Shown here piece by piece: positions 34,063 through 42,501 of a DNA stretch of 64,000 bases. The stretch covers positions 13,743 through 77,742 of the forward strand of contig JAPPBX010000017.1 in the NCBI GenBank assembly GCA_026702755.1, written 5' to 3'. Position 1 is the stretch's first letter; each line of letters opens with the position of its first letter. Source of the stretch: Candidatus Poribacteria bacterium (GTDB lineage Bacteria; Poribacteria; WGA-4E; WGA-3G). Both the position numbers and the translations under genes were made by a program. The notes under the pieces are model-generated. The model was not told the origin of the DNA. It did not search any database and worked only from the letters and a program-made list of their open reading frames with translations.

Positions 34063-35973
34063 ATGTTTTGGGAAGAAGTAAAAAAACACTATCAAGCCGG
34101 GTCTGCACATCAATTTCTACTCCATTTTAATGTGCAAGACTTGTTACACGACGATGTCTACGGATACTTGCCTACCTCTGAATATCTCTCGGAGCAACTC
34201 AATGTGTTGGGGTGCGACCTTGTCCTCGGCTATAATACGTCGGAAGGTATTCATTTCCCCAATATTGGGCGATGGCGTGCCACCCAAAGAATGTTAGATG
34301 TAATTCCAAAGTATGAAAAAACCGGCACTTTCCATTTCCAGAGTATAGCGACATGGATTGAGACATTTCGGCGTTTACGGGAAGTGGAAGACCCACATCT
34401 TGCTGATCAGGAAGTAGATCCACAAGTGGCACGCCGAAGAATCAATGCCACTTTAGCATTTGACAAACCCCATGAAGACCCATTCGTCAGTCTTGATCCT
34501 GCGCCTTCGGATGAGTTGCAAGAGAAACTTAATCATCTATTGCATCAAGACAGAGCGAGGGTTGGATTAATTATCAACTTTCTGGAGCAGCTCGCGCCGA
34601 ACGATCCTTCCTTGAGCAGTGCCTCTAACGATGACCTGCAACGCTTTTTCAATCAGATGCAGAATTGGGCATCCGACCTGGAGGTACGAAAACGGAAACA
34701 CATCATCTTGCTCCTGACCCATAATACGTTTGACATACATTCAAATCTTACCACGAATCCTGAAATTCCTCTCATAGAAATTCCGTTCCCCGACTATGAC
34801 CAGCGCCACCATTTTATTCAGTACCTCCACACCATTTCGGATGTTTCGTCACAAATGCGGAGGAGTCTCGGAGATGCACGGGACAGGGAAACTTTGGCAC
34901 GTGAGACAATAGGATTGAACCTCTTCGGTATCCACGATGTTGTTCAACAGGCGGAATCTACAGAGCAGAAAGCAGGTGGTGAACCGATTGTGCATTACCG
35001 TCGTGAGAGTCTCAAGGCTTTCAGCCATGGGGTCCTTGAACTCGGCGAAACCCATACAAACCCCTCTGGTGATGGTTGGTATGTAACGCGGATAATTCGG
35101 GATATAGCGGACGGTATGAGACACCGAGATCTGCGGCGTGTGCCACGAGGTATGCTTCTTCTTGGACCCCCTGGGACCAGTAAGGATTACGCCGCAAGGG
35201 TGCTCGCTGGTGAGGCAAACATGACGCTCGTCCAACTCCGCTACGCGAGTCAGGTGGGTGAGGTGACGATAAACATCAACGAAAATGGGAACACTTACGA
35301 TCGGAATCTTAATGCCGCCATTAATTTTATCCGAGGTATTTCACCGACGGTTGTCTTTATGGATGGGATTGAGCAGGTATCGCCACGTACGACAATGAAT
35401 CCCGACGACTATGAACAAGCGTTTCCTCAAGCCCTCATGAATGCTATGAATGATGCGTCCTTACACGGCAGAGTGATATGGGTCGGGGCATCGCAACGCC
35501 CAGACTTAATACCGCCAATCTTTCGACGGTATGGCGTTTTTGACACCAAATTAATCATGCTACCTCCTATCGGTGCAGGCAGAGCGGAAATTCTACGAAT
35601 ATTCTGCCAAGGACAAACATCAGGCAACATCAATTTTCAGGCACTCGTCGGTGGCTCAGAAACAGATGGGTTGACTTGGCGGGACCTGTTCTTAATTGTC
35701 CAACGTGCAAGTAACCTCGCAAAACGCGACAGACGCGATACCTTCACTGAAGCCGAACTCCGTCAAACACTCAACGACTTCATCCCTGACTATTCACGGG
35801 AGATGCAAATCTTCATGGGGTTATTAGCATTGCGAGAAGCGAATTCACGTATCATGGTTCCAGACGGCTTGTTACCAGAGTACCAAGAATTTGTCGATGA
35901 CAATCGGATTGATAAAACAGGGATTAATAGGCGTTTGATGGAACTGAGCAGCCAACTTGGCTTGAATACTTGA
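34063..35973 (+). CDS. AAA+ ATPase-domain protein (636 aa) with non-canonical Walker motifs and a large N-terminal region of unknown function
   Basis: Walker A-like LLLGPPGTSKDYAARVLAGE (GPPGTSKD instead of GPPGTGKT). Walker B-like VVFMDGIEQV (DG instead of DE). It lies between LamG paralogs 3 and 4. Confidence 0.55.
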   Translation: MFWEEVKKHYQAGSAHQFLLHFNVQDLLHDDVYGYLPTSEYLSEQLNVLGCDLVLGYNTSEGIHFPNIGRWRATQRMLDVIPKYEKTGTFHFQSIATWIETFRRLREVEDPHLADQEVDPQVARRRINATLAFDKPHEDPFVSLDPAPSDELQEKLNHLLHQDRARVGLIINFLEQLAPNDPSLSSASNDDLQRFFNQMQNWASDLEVRKRKHIILLLTHNTFDIHSNLTTNPEIPLIEIPFPDYDQRHHFIQYLHTISDVSSQMRRSLGDARDRETLARETIGLNLFGIHDVVQQAESTEQKAGGEPIVHYRRESLKAFSHGVLELGETHTNPSGDGWYVTRIIRDIADGMRHRDLRRVPRGMLLLGPPGTSKDYAARVLAGEANMTLVQLRYASQVGEVTININENGNTYDRNLNAAINFIRGISPTVVFMDGIEQVSPRTTMNPDDYEQAFPQALMNAMNDASLHGRVIWVGASQRPDLIPPIFRRYGVFDTKLIMLPPIGAGRAEILRIFCQGQTSGNINFQALVGGSETDGLTWRDLFLIVQRASNLAKRDRRDTFTEAELRQTLNDFIPDYSREMQIFMGLLALREANSRIMVPDGLLPEYQEFVDDNRIDKTGINRRLMELSSQLGLNT

Positions 35974-36055
35974 TACCCAACAATCCTCTTATTCTCCTTC
36001 CGTAAGCCTTCTAAAACTGACCGCTGATGGCTGACAACTATTCTTCTATTTTTTC

Positions 36056-36084
36056 TTGACAGGTATTTTTTTGTTTGCTATAAT
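36056..36084 (+). promoter_or_regulatory. Perfect-consensus sigma-70 promoter (TTGACA-17-TATAAT) for LamG paralog 4
   Basis: tTTGACAggtatttttttgtttgcTATAATgcc, then an AAGGAGGG RBS and the ATG at 36120. Confidence 0.55.
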
Positions 36085-36119
36085 GCCTTATCTTTACCTA
36101 TAAGGAGGGAATTCTAACG

Positions 36120-36896
36120 ATGAAATTGGCTATTTGTTTATCTATCGCCTTGCTTTTGATGGTGACACCCTTCGCTATGTCTATTGGTCCAGGAGAATTT
36201 CTGGACGGTTTAGTGCTATACCATCCCTATGATGAAGGGAAAGGGGCCAAAGCCGAAGATTTTAGCGAAAATGAACACGAGGGTGTAATTGACAACCCGA
36301 AGTGGGTTAACGGAAAATTCGGAAAGGCATTGGAATTTGGTGGTCCAGGCAGCGACGTTTTTGTCACAGTTGAGAGCACTCCAAAACTGAACGTGGATGA
36401 ATTCTCGTTTATGGCGTGGATCAACTCCGAGGAATGGAATGGTGTCCGTCAAATCGTCGGCAAATCCGTTCATGGTGGATGCGGCGGTAGGGTCCAATAC
36501 GGCGTGTTCAGTGAAGGAGGGGTCTTCAAAATCCGTCTCGAAACCGAATCGGGGCGCGCCGATATTGCAACCGATCTACCTGAGACTGGGGAATTTGTGC
36601 ATATCGCTTTCACCAACGATACCAAGAAAACCAAAATCTACTATGATGGCAAAGAGGTACAGGAGGGAGATACGCCCGGGAAACTCAAAGCCAACGATGA
36701 TCCCTGGCGGGTTGGACAGGATTGCGACCGTCTCCAGTATGTTTTTGCAGGGATTATTGACGAAGTTCGTCTCTGGAATCGCGCATTGAGCGAGGAGGAA
36801 ATCAATACGTTTATGGATCAGGGCGTAGAGGCACTCGCGGTTGAAGCAACTGGGAAACTCTCCACAACCTGGAGCCGTCTTAAAGCAGGACTTTAA
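36120..36896 (+). CDS. Secreted LamG_3 / concanavalin A-like protein (paralog 4)
   Basis: Signal peptide MKLAICLSIALLLMVTPFAMS. GLVLYHPYDEG. NDDPWRVGQDCDRLQYVFAGIIDEVRLWNRALSEEEI. C-terminal tail GKLSTTWSRLKAGL. Confidence 0.75.
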   Translation: MKLAICLSIALLLMVTPFAMSIGPGEFLDGLVLYHPYDEGKGAKAEDFSENEHEGVIDNPKWVNGKFGKALEFGGPGSDVFVTVESTPKLNVDEFSFMAWINSEEWNGVRQIVGKSVHGGCGGRVQYGVFSEGGVFKIRLETESGRADIATDLPETGEFVHIAFTNDTKKTKIYYDGKEVQEGDTPGKLKANDDPWRVGQDCDRLQYVFAGIIDEVRLWNRALSEEEINTFMDQGVEALAVEATGKLSTTWSRLKAGL

Positions 36897-36940
36897 GGTA
36901 GGCTTAAAGTCGGAATTCGTAAGATAATTTGTTTTGCTGG

Positions 36941-36996
36941 CGAGGTTTATAACCTCGCCTCTTTTCAAGCGGCGCGCTTTCTTAGCGCGCCCTACC
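36941..36996 (+). terminator. Tandem hairpins after LamG-4: GGCGAGGTTtataAACCTCGCC then a T-run then GGCGCGCtttcttaGCGCGCC
   Basis: gctggcgaggtttataacctcgcctcttttcaagcggcgcgctttcttagcgcgccc. A similar GGCGCGC-tttcag-GCGCGCC hairpin follows LamG-3 at 33975-33999. Confidence 0.5.
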
Positions 36997-37009
36997 AATT
37001 AGAGAAAAA

Positions 37010-37783
37010 ATGTCCCAAACTTCAAAAAAAGTGTCATGTAGAAATTGCGATGCACAGATTACGGAAAAAGTATTCGCTAAAAATCTTAAAGTTTGTCCGC
37101 ACTGCGACCACCATCACTATATGAGTGCTTATGAGCGGCTTGATCTCATTGTAGATGCGGACAGTTTTGAGGAATACGATGCGGACCTTTACTCGGTTGA
37201 TTCGCTGGAGTTCCCAGAATATCCGGAGAAATTGGAGAGAGATGTCGCCAGAACAGGGCTCAGATCCGAGATGCTTTCCGGCATAGCCAATATTGGTGGT
37301 TATTCAACTGCTATTGCGATTGGCGATGTTGGATTTATAGGCGGCACGTGCGGTTCTGTCATCGGTGAAAAGGTTACCCGATGTATTGAGCGCGCCCTTG
37401 AGAATCAATTACCGTTGGTGATCGTCTCTGTAAGTGGTGGAATGCGGATGCAGGAGGGGACGCTCGCCTTGATGCAGATGGCGAAAACCGCTGCCGCTTG
37501 TGCTGCGTATGCGAAATCGGGGCTTTTTTATATCTCCGTTGTCACCGATCCGACGTTTGGGGGGGCGACTGCCAGTTATACTTCACTCGGTGATGTGATT
37601 GTCGCTGAAGCGGGTGCGCGAATCGGCTTCGCAGGTCCGTTAGCCATTGCCAGCCTTCGTGAAGAATTGCCCGAAAACTTTCAGAAAGCGGAGTCGTTAC
37701 TGGAACATGGGTTTGTTGATGCTGTTGTCCACCGCTCAGAGATGCGGCAAATGCTTACAGATCTGATTGCCTTCGCTTCCTAA
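37010..37783 (+). CDS. accD: Acetyl-CoA carboxylase carboxyltransferase beta subunit
   Basis: N-terminal zinc ribbon CRNCDAQ...CPHCDHHHYMSAYERL. Carboxyltransferase core IGGYSTAIAIGDVGFIGGTCGSVIGEK...SGGMRMQEG. Confidence 0.85.
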   Translation: MSQTSKKVSCRNCDAQITEKVFAKNLKVCPHCDHHHYMSAYERLDLIVDADSFEEYDADLYSVDSLEFPEYPEKLERDVARTGLRSEMLSGIANIGGYSTAIAIGDVGFIGGTCGSVIGEKVTRCIERALENQLPLVIVSVSGGMRMQEGTLALMQMAKTAAACAAYAKSGLFYISVVTDPTFGGATASYTSLGDVIVAEAGARIGFAGPLAIASLREELPENFQKAESLLEHGFVDAVVHRSEMRQMLTDLIAFAS

Positions 37784-38200
37784 TAATGGAACCATCTTTT
37801 CTTTTTCGTCCCCGTCTGAAAATAGAATGTGTTTTGTATCATATAACCTAAGTTGCCACGTAAAGCGTTGTATACATCATTTCTGCTTGAAAACCCACAC
37901 GAATTTCAGTTACTATACTATATACCTATCGCTTCTACGAGTCTGTTAAAGCTGCTTAAAGCTGCTATATAGGTGGGGTGCCGCCGCGGTTAGAAACCCT
38001 GCCAGTGAAACCATTATCAACATGAAACGTTATTAGAGGTGTGTAGTTAGGCAATATTGCGTGCTTAAATACTGAGTGCCTCTGGCATTACACGCTACAC
38101 ACTTCGCTTTTGGACGCGAACTGCTACTATCAAATCGGACACCGAAGTGCACGAAACGGGTGCGCCTCGCAATGCAAATACAGAAAAATAAGGATAAAAC

Positions 38201-40483
38201 ATGCCAAAGTCACTCGTCGTTGTTGAATCGCCGGCGAAAGCGAAAACTATCAAAAAGATTTTAGGTAAGGATTACATCGTTGAATCCTCCGTTGGACATA
38301 TCCGGGATCTCCCAAAGAAGGACCTTGGAGTTGACATTGAGAATGCCTTTGCACCGAAGTATGTCTTAATTCGAGGGAAAGGGAAGGTCGTGAAGTCCCT
38401 CCAGAGCGAGGCACGTAAGGTTGATAATATCTATCTTGCTGCGGATCCCGATCGCGAAGGGGAAGCTATTTGTTGGCATCTTGCTGAAGAACTCAAGAAG
38501 GCAAAGAAACCGATCTATCGGATAACCTACAACGAAGTCACCAAAAACGCAATTTTAGAAGCAATCGAAGATCCGGGTGATATTGATATGGCGCTCGTTG
38601 ATGCGCAACAGGCGCGTCGTGTACTGGACAGGCTCGTCGGATACCTGATCTGCCCTCTTTTGTGGCGGAGCGTTAAACCGGGATTAAGTGCAGGCAGAGT
38701 CCAATCCGTCGCAGTGCGTCTTATCTGTGAGCGTGAGGCTGAAATTGAGGCGTTTAAACCCGAAGAATACTGGACACTCACAGCGACATTGACCCCAACT
38801 GAGGTTGAGCATCCCTTCCCAGCAAAGTTACATAAAATCGGGACAAAGAAGGGCGAAATCAATAACTACGGGTTTCGCATAGATGAAGCGCGCGCCAAGG
38901 AACTCGCCGCGGACGCAAAGACACAGACATATCTCGTTGAAAAAGTCCAAAAACGCGAGCGGAAACAGAATCCAGTCCCACCCTTTATCACGAGTACTCT
39001 ACAACAGGAAGCGTCTCGGAAACTCCGTTTTGTTGCTAAAAAAACGATGCTTATCGCCCAACAACTCTATGAAGGCCTGGAGATTCACGGCGAAGGTTCA
39101 ATCGGGTTGATCACCTACATGCGGACCGACTCAACGCGTGTTGCCCAAGAGGCACTTCAAGCGGCACGATCATATATCGAAACGACGTATGGCGGAGAAT
39201 ATTTGCCGAACCGTGCTGTTAACTATCGAAGCAAAAGAGGGGCACAAGATGCACACGAGGCGATCCGCCCTACATTGCCGTTGCGAACACCTACAGAATT
39301 GAAACCCCATCTGAATGATGACCAGTACCGGCTCTATGAACTGATCTGGATGCGGTTCATAGCAAGTCAGATGAAGCCTACTGTTCTTGATGCGACAACA
39401 ATTGACATCAAAGCAGGGACCTATCTCTTCCGAGCCACCGGTTCAATTGTCAAGTTTGATGGGTTCAGGCGTATCTACATGGAGGGTAAAGATGACCCGG
39501 TTGCTAATGCGCCTGAATCGGAAGAAGAGAATCTCAACTTACCTGTTGTCAAAGAGGGTGATCCGCTGGATCTGCGCAAGTTAGAGCCGAAACAGCATTT
39601 TACGCAACCGCCACCGCGCTACAACGAAGCAACACTCGTCAAGATGCTGGAAGCAAAAGAGATCGGACGACCAAGTACCTATGCTTCTATCCTGTCAACG
39701 ATTCAGAAAGAGTATGTCACCAAGGAGCGTGGTAGACTCTTGCCTACAGATGTTGGTAGACTCGTTAATGAACTCCTGATACACGGATTTCCCGCGATCC
39801 TCGACGTTGAATTCACAGCGAAAATGGAAGATCAACTTGATACTATTGCTGATGGAAAAGTTGCGTGGGTACAGACGTTAGCGGAATTTTATCCTGACTT
39901 CCAAACCGCACTCAGTGAAGCCCCTGATAAGATGTATGAAGCCCGAAAAGCGATGGAAGAGCAGTCGGACGAAACGTGTGAAAAATGTGGAGGCAATATG
40001 ATCGTGAAGTGGGGCAGATATGGGCGGTTCCTGGGTTGTGCTAATTATCCAGAGTGTCAGAATATCAAGCGTTTAACCGCCGACGATACCCCCACCGCGG
40101 AACCCGAACTGACCGATACAGTGTGTGATAAGTGTGGTGAACCGATGGTTATTAGGGTGAGCCGCGCCGGCGCGAAATTTTTGTCGTGTAGTGGATACCC
40201 AAAATGCAAAAACGCCAAGCCGGTCCCAATGGGCATCGACTGTCCAGAGGCTGGTTGCGACGGTTACCTCGGTGAACGTCGCAGTCGCCGTGGAAAAATT
40301 TTTTACGGTTGTAGCAACTATCCCAAGTGTGAATTCTCTACATGGGATAAACCTATACCGGAACCTTGCCCAAAATGTAACGCACCCTTTCTTGTTGAAA
40401 AAACCAGAAAACCGAAAGGCAGTGAGACTGTAACCGTGTCACTGAGTTGTCAATCACCGGATTGTGACTATACAAAGGAATAG
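38201..40483 (+). CDS. topA: DNA topoisomerase I
   Basis: Toprim LVVVESPAKAKTI and AADPDREGEAI. Active-site Tyr context LITYMRTDS. Multiple C-terminal C4 zinc ribbons (CEKCGGNM...CANYPEC; CDKCGEPM...CSGYPKC; CPKCNAPF). Confidence 0.9.
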   Translation: MPKSLVVVESPAKAKTIKKILGKDYIVESSVGHIRDLPKKDLGVDIENAFAPKYVLIRGKGKVVKSLQSEARKVDNIYLAADPDREGEAICWHLAEELKKAKKPIYRITYNEVTKNAILEAIEDPGDIDMALVDAQQARRVLDRLVGYLICPLLWRSVKPGLSAGRVQSVAVRLICEREAEIEAFKPEEYWTLTATLTPTEVEHPFPAKLHKIGTKKGEINNYGFRIDEARAKELAADAKTQTYLVEKVQKRERKQNPVPPFITSTLQQEASRKLRFVAKKTMLIAQQLYEGLEIHGEGSIGLITYMRTDSTRVAQEALQAARSYIETTYGGEYLPNRAVNYRSKRGAQDAHEAIRPTLPLRTPTELKPHLNDDQYRLYELIWMRFIASQMKPTVLDATTIDIKAGTYLFRATGSIVKFDGFRRIYMEGKDDPVANAPESEEENLNLPVVKEGDPLDLRKLEPKQHFTQPPPRYNEATLVKMLEAKEIGRPSTYASILSTIQKEYVTKERGRLLPTDVGRLVNELLIHGFPAILDVEFTAKMEDQLDTIADGKVAWVQTLAEFYPDFQTALSEAPDKMYEARKAMEEQSDETCEKCGGNMIVKWGRYGRFLGCANYPECQNIKRLTADDTPTAEPELTDTVCDKCGEPMVIRVSRAGAKFLSCSGYPKCKNAKPVPMGIDCPEAGCDGYLGERRSRRGKIFYGCSNYPKCEFSTWDKPIPEPCPKCNAPFLVEKTRKPKGSETVTVSLSCQSPDCDYTKE

Positions 40484-40565
40484 TTATCGGTTATCAGTTA
40501 CCTTGTTGTGGCACCAAAAGTTTTGTGGACATTACAGCATATCTGAACACCATAGCACATTAACT

Positions 40566-40619
40566 TTAACCATCAACTCGTCTACAGATACTTTTGCTAA
40601 GGCGCAAGTTGATGGTTAA
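40566..40619 (+). ncRNA. Hairpin RNA-like motif, copy 1: variable 8-11-bp stem enclosing the conserved loop TCTACAGATACTTTTGCTAAGGCGC
   Basis: ttaaCCATCAACTCGtctacagatacttttgctaaggcgCAAGTTGATGGttaa. Strand is inferred from the flanking genes. Confidence 0.45.
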
Positions 40620-40650
40620 AACTGAAGACTGATAACCGACAACCCTAAAA

Positions 40651-41298
40651 ATGATACAGTTGCACCAGGTTAGTTTCAGTTATGGCGATCTTAGTGTGCT
40701 CGAGAAGGTGAGCTTTCGCGTGGAACGCGGCGAATTTGTGTTTCTCCTCGGTCCAAGTGGCTCAGGGAAGACAACACTGTTGCGATTGTTATATGCTGAT
40801 TTAGAGCCGATTGGTGGTGATTTGAGTGTCGTTGGGCAACCCCTTGCACGGTTGGACAAAGTCAGTCTACCCTACTTTCGACAGAAGATAGGGATTGTTT
40901 TTCAAGATCTTAAGTTCTTGGCAGATAAAACGGTCCAGGATAATCTGGCACTGCCGCAGCGATTGGTAGGAACACCACCGCAGACAATCAAAGAAAACGT
41001 ACACAAGCTCCTGAATCAGATGGGATTGCTTCACCATCAAAATGCACTTCCAGCAGAAATATCTGGCAACGAGAGGCGACGGCTTGCTATAGCAAGAGCC
41101 GTTATCAACAATCCTCTGTTATTACTTGCGGATGCACCCACAGAGGGCTTAGATTTGCGCCTTTCGCTTGAGGTAATGGCACTTCTTGATGCACTTAATT
41201 TTCAAGGTATGACTATCTTTGTGGCGACGAGTGATCGACAACTCGCTGAGAAATGTAATAAGCGGATTATTGAGCTACGGGATGGTGGTATCCATTGA
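40651..41298 (+). CDS. FtsE-like ABC transporter ATP-binding protein with substituted catalytic residues
   Basis: Walker A LLGPSGSGKTTLL. Q-loop IVFQD. Signature ISGNERRR (canonical LSGGEQQR). Walker B LLLADAPTEGLD (canonical ADEPTGNLD; catalytic Glu replaced by Ala). H-loop VATSD (canonical ATHD). Confidence 0.75.
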   Translation: MIQLHQVSFSYGDLSVLEKVSFRVERGEFVFLLGPSGSGKTTLLRLLYADLEPIGGDLSVVGQPLARLDKVSLPYFRQKIGIVFQDLKFLADKTVQDNLALPQRLVGTPPQTIKENVHKLLNQMGLLHHQNALPAEISGNERRRLAIARAVINNPLLLLADAPTEGLDLRLSLEVMALLDALNFQGMTIFVATSDRQLAEKCNKRIIELRDGGIH

Positions 41299-41352
41299 AT
41301 CGTCATCGGTTATCAGTTAAGGGGTGCCCTGTTTAACCAAAAACCTCTTTTA

Positions 41353-41490
41353 ACCGGCAACTTTGACCAAGAACTCGCCTACAGATACTTTTGCTAAGGC
41401 GCGAGTTCGCATTAAACCAGAGCCTCTCAAACCGGCAACTTTGACCAAGAACTCGTCTACAGATACTTTTGCTAAGATGCAAGTTCTTAG
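41353..41490 (+). ncRNA. Hairpin RNA-like motif, copies 2 and 3 (tandem ~80-bp direct repeat, each with a stem enclosing the CTACAGATACTTTTGCTAAG loop)
   Basis: accggcaactttgaccaaGAACTCGCctacagatacttttgctaaggcGCGAGTTC and accggcaactttgaccaAGAACTcgtctacagatacttttgctaagatgcAAGTTCTTag. The stems differ between copies but stay complementary. Confidence 0.45.
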
Positions 41491-41512
41491 TCAAAACCGA
41501 CAACTATAAAAA

Positions 41513-42370
41513 ATGCGTTACTACTTCAAGAATGCCATATCCCATATAGCCTATGCTGGCAGTACGAGTATGATGAGTTTCATTGGAATCGGTTTCGTTA
41601 CTGTCTTACTTGCCACCTTACTATTAAACCACTCGTTTATATTACAACAATCTGAGTTTAAAAGCCACGCGCCTACCCTTGTTGCGTTTCTAAAAGATAC
41701 TGTCAATGAGTCAAAAGGTCGCGCCTTAGTCAGCCAGATCGAGAAAAGCGGGCAGGTGCTTGCTGTCAATTATGCTTCAAAGGCAGAGAGTCTCGCTCGT
41801 GGTGAAACCCAGTTTCAGGATTTAGGCATCCTCATTAAGGAGGCGTTTGCGGGGACAAGGGGTGTAAACCCGTTTCCGGCATCCCTCAAAATCTATGTAG
41901 ATGAAGAATTGATAACACGTAAAGCGTTAGAACAGATTTCTTTGAATATTAAAGCACACGACGAAATCGAGGACGTGTTATTGACTGGACAGGGACAACT
42001 GAAGGACCGCATACGCGATTCAGAACGCACAACTTTCATCGCTATTGGAGCGGCGGTCATTGCGATCTGGTTTATTATCGGTTCTGTTATTAAAAAAACA
42101 ACGATTGCTCGCGCTGAGGAGATAGCCCTCATGAAACTCCTCGGTATGGTCGGCCGTTATCTCCTCGTTCCTTTTATGGTCCATGGACTTTTCCTCGGCG
42201 GGCTTGGCGCGCTGTGTGGACTCGGCTGCTTCTATGGGATGTTTTATGTATTCAAACCTCAATTAGGGGCGGTCAGTTTCCTAAGCATTTATCAGTCTAT
42301 CTTGATCGTTGTAGCTGGAATGGTAATTGGATTTCTCGTGGGGCTTACCGCACACCGGAAATTTGTGTAG
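41513..42370 (+). CDS. FtsX-like ABC transporter permease
   Basis: 285 aa. N-terminal TM, a periplasmic domain of about 100 aa, then three C-terminal TM helices (FIAIGAAVIAIWFIIGSV; LVPFMVHGLFLGGLGALCG; ILIVVAGMVIGFLVGL). It follows the FtsE-like gene. Confidence 0.7.
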   Translation: MRYYFKNAISHIAYAGSTSMMSFIGIGFVTVLLATLLLNHSFILQQSEFKSHAPTLVAFLKDTVNESKGRALVSQIEKSGQVLAVNYASKAESLARGETQFQDLGILIKEAFAGTRGVNPFPASLKIYVDEELITRKALEQISLNIKAHDEIEDVLLTGQGQLKDRIRDSERTTFIAIGAAVIAIWFIIGSVIKKTTIARAEEIALMKLLGMVGRYLLVPFMVHGLFLGGLGALCGLGCFYGMFYVFKPQLGAVSFLSIYQSILIVVAGMVIGFLVGLTAHRKFV

Positions 42371-42501
42371 CAGTCATACCTATGCACATGCAAGCGCAAG
42401 CGACCCCACCCGTTAATGGAAATGGACGGGCGCGCTGGATAAACGGAACGGATCGTTCTTGACACAACCTACCTAACTAAACCACAAGGAAAAATAAAAA
42501 T

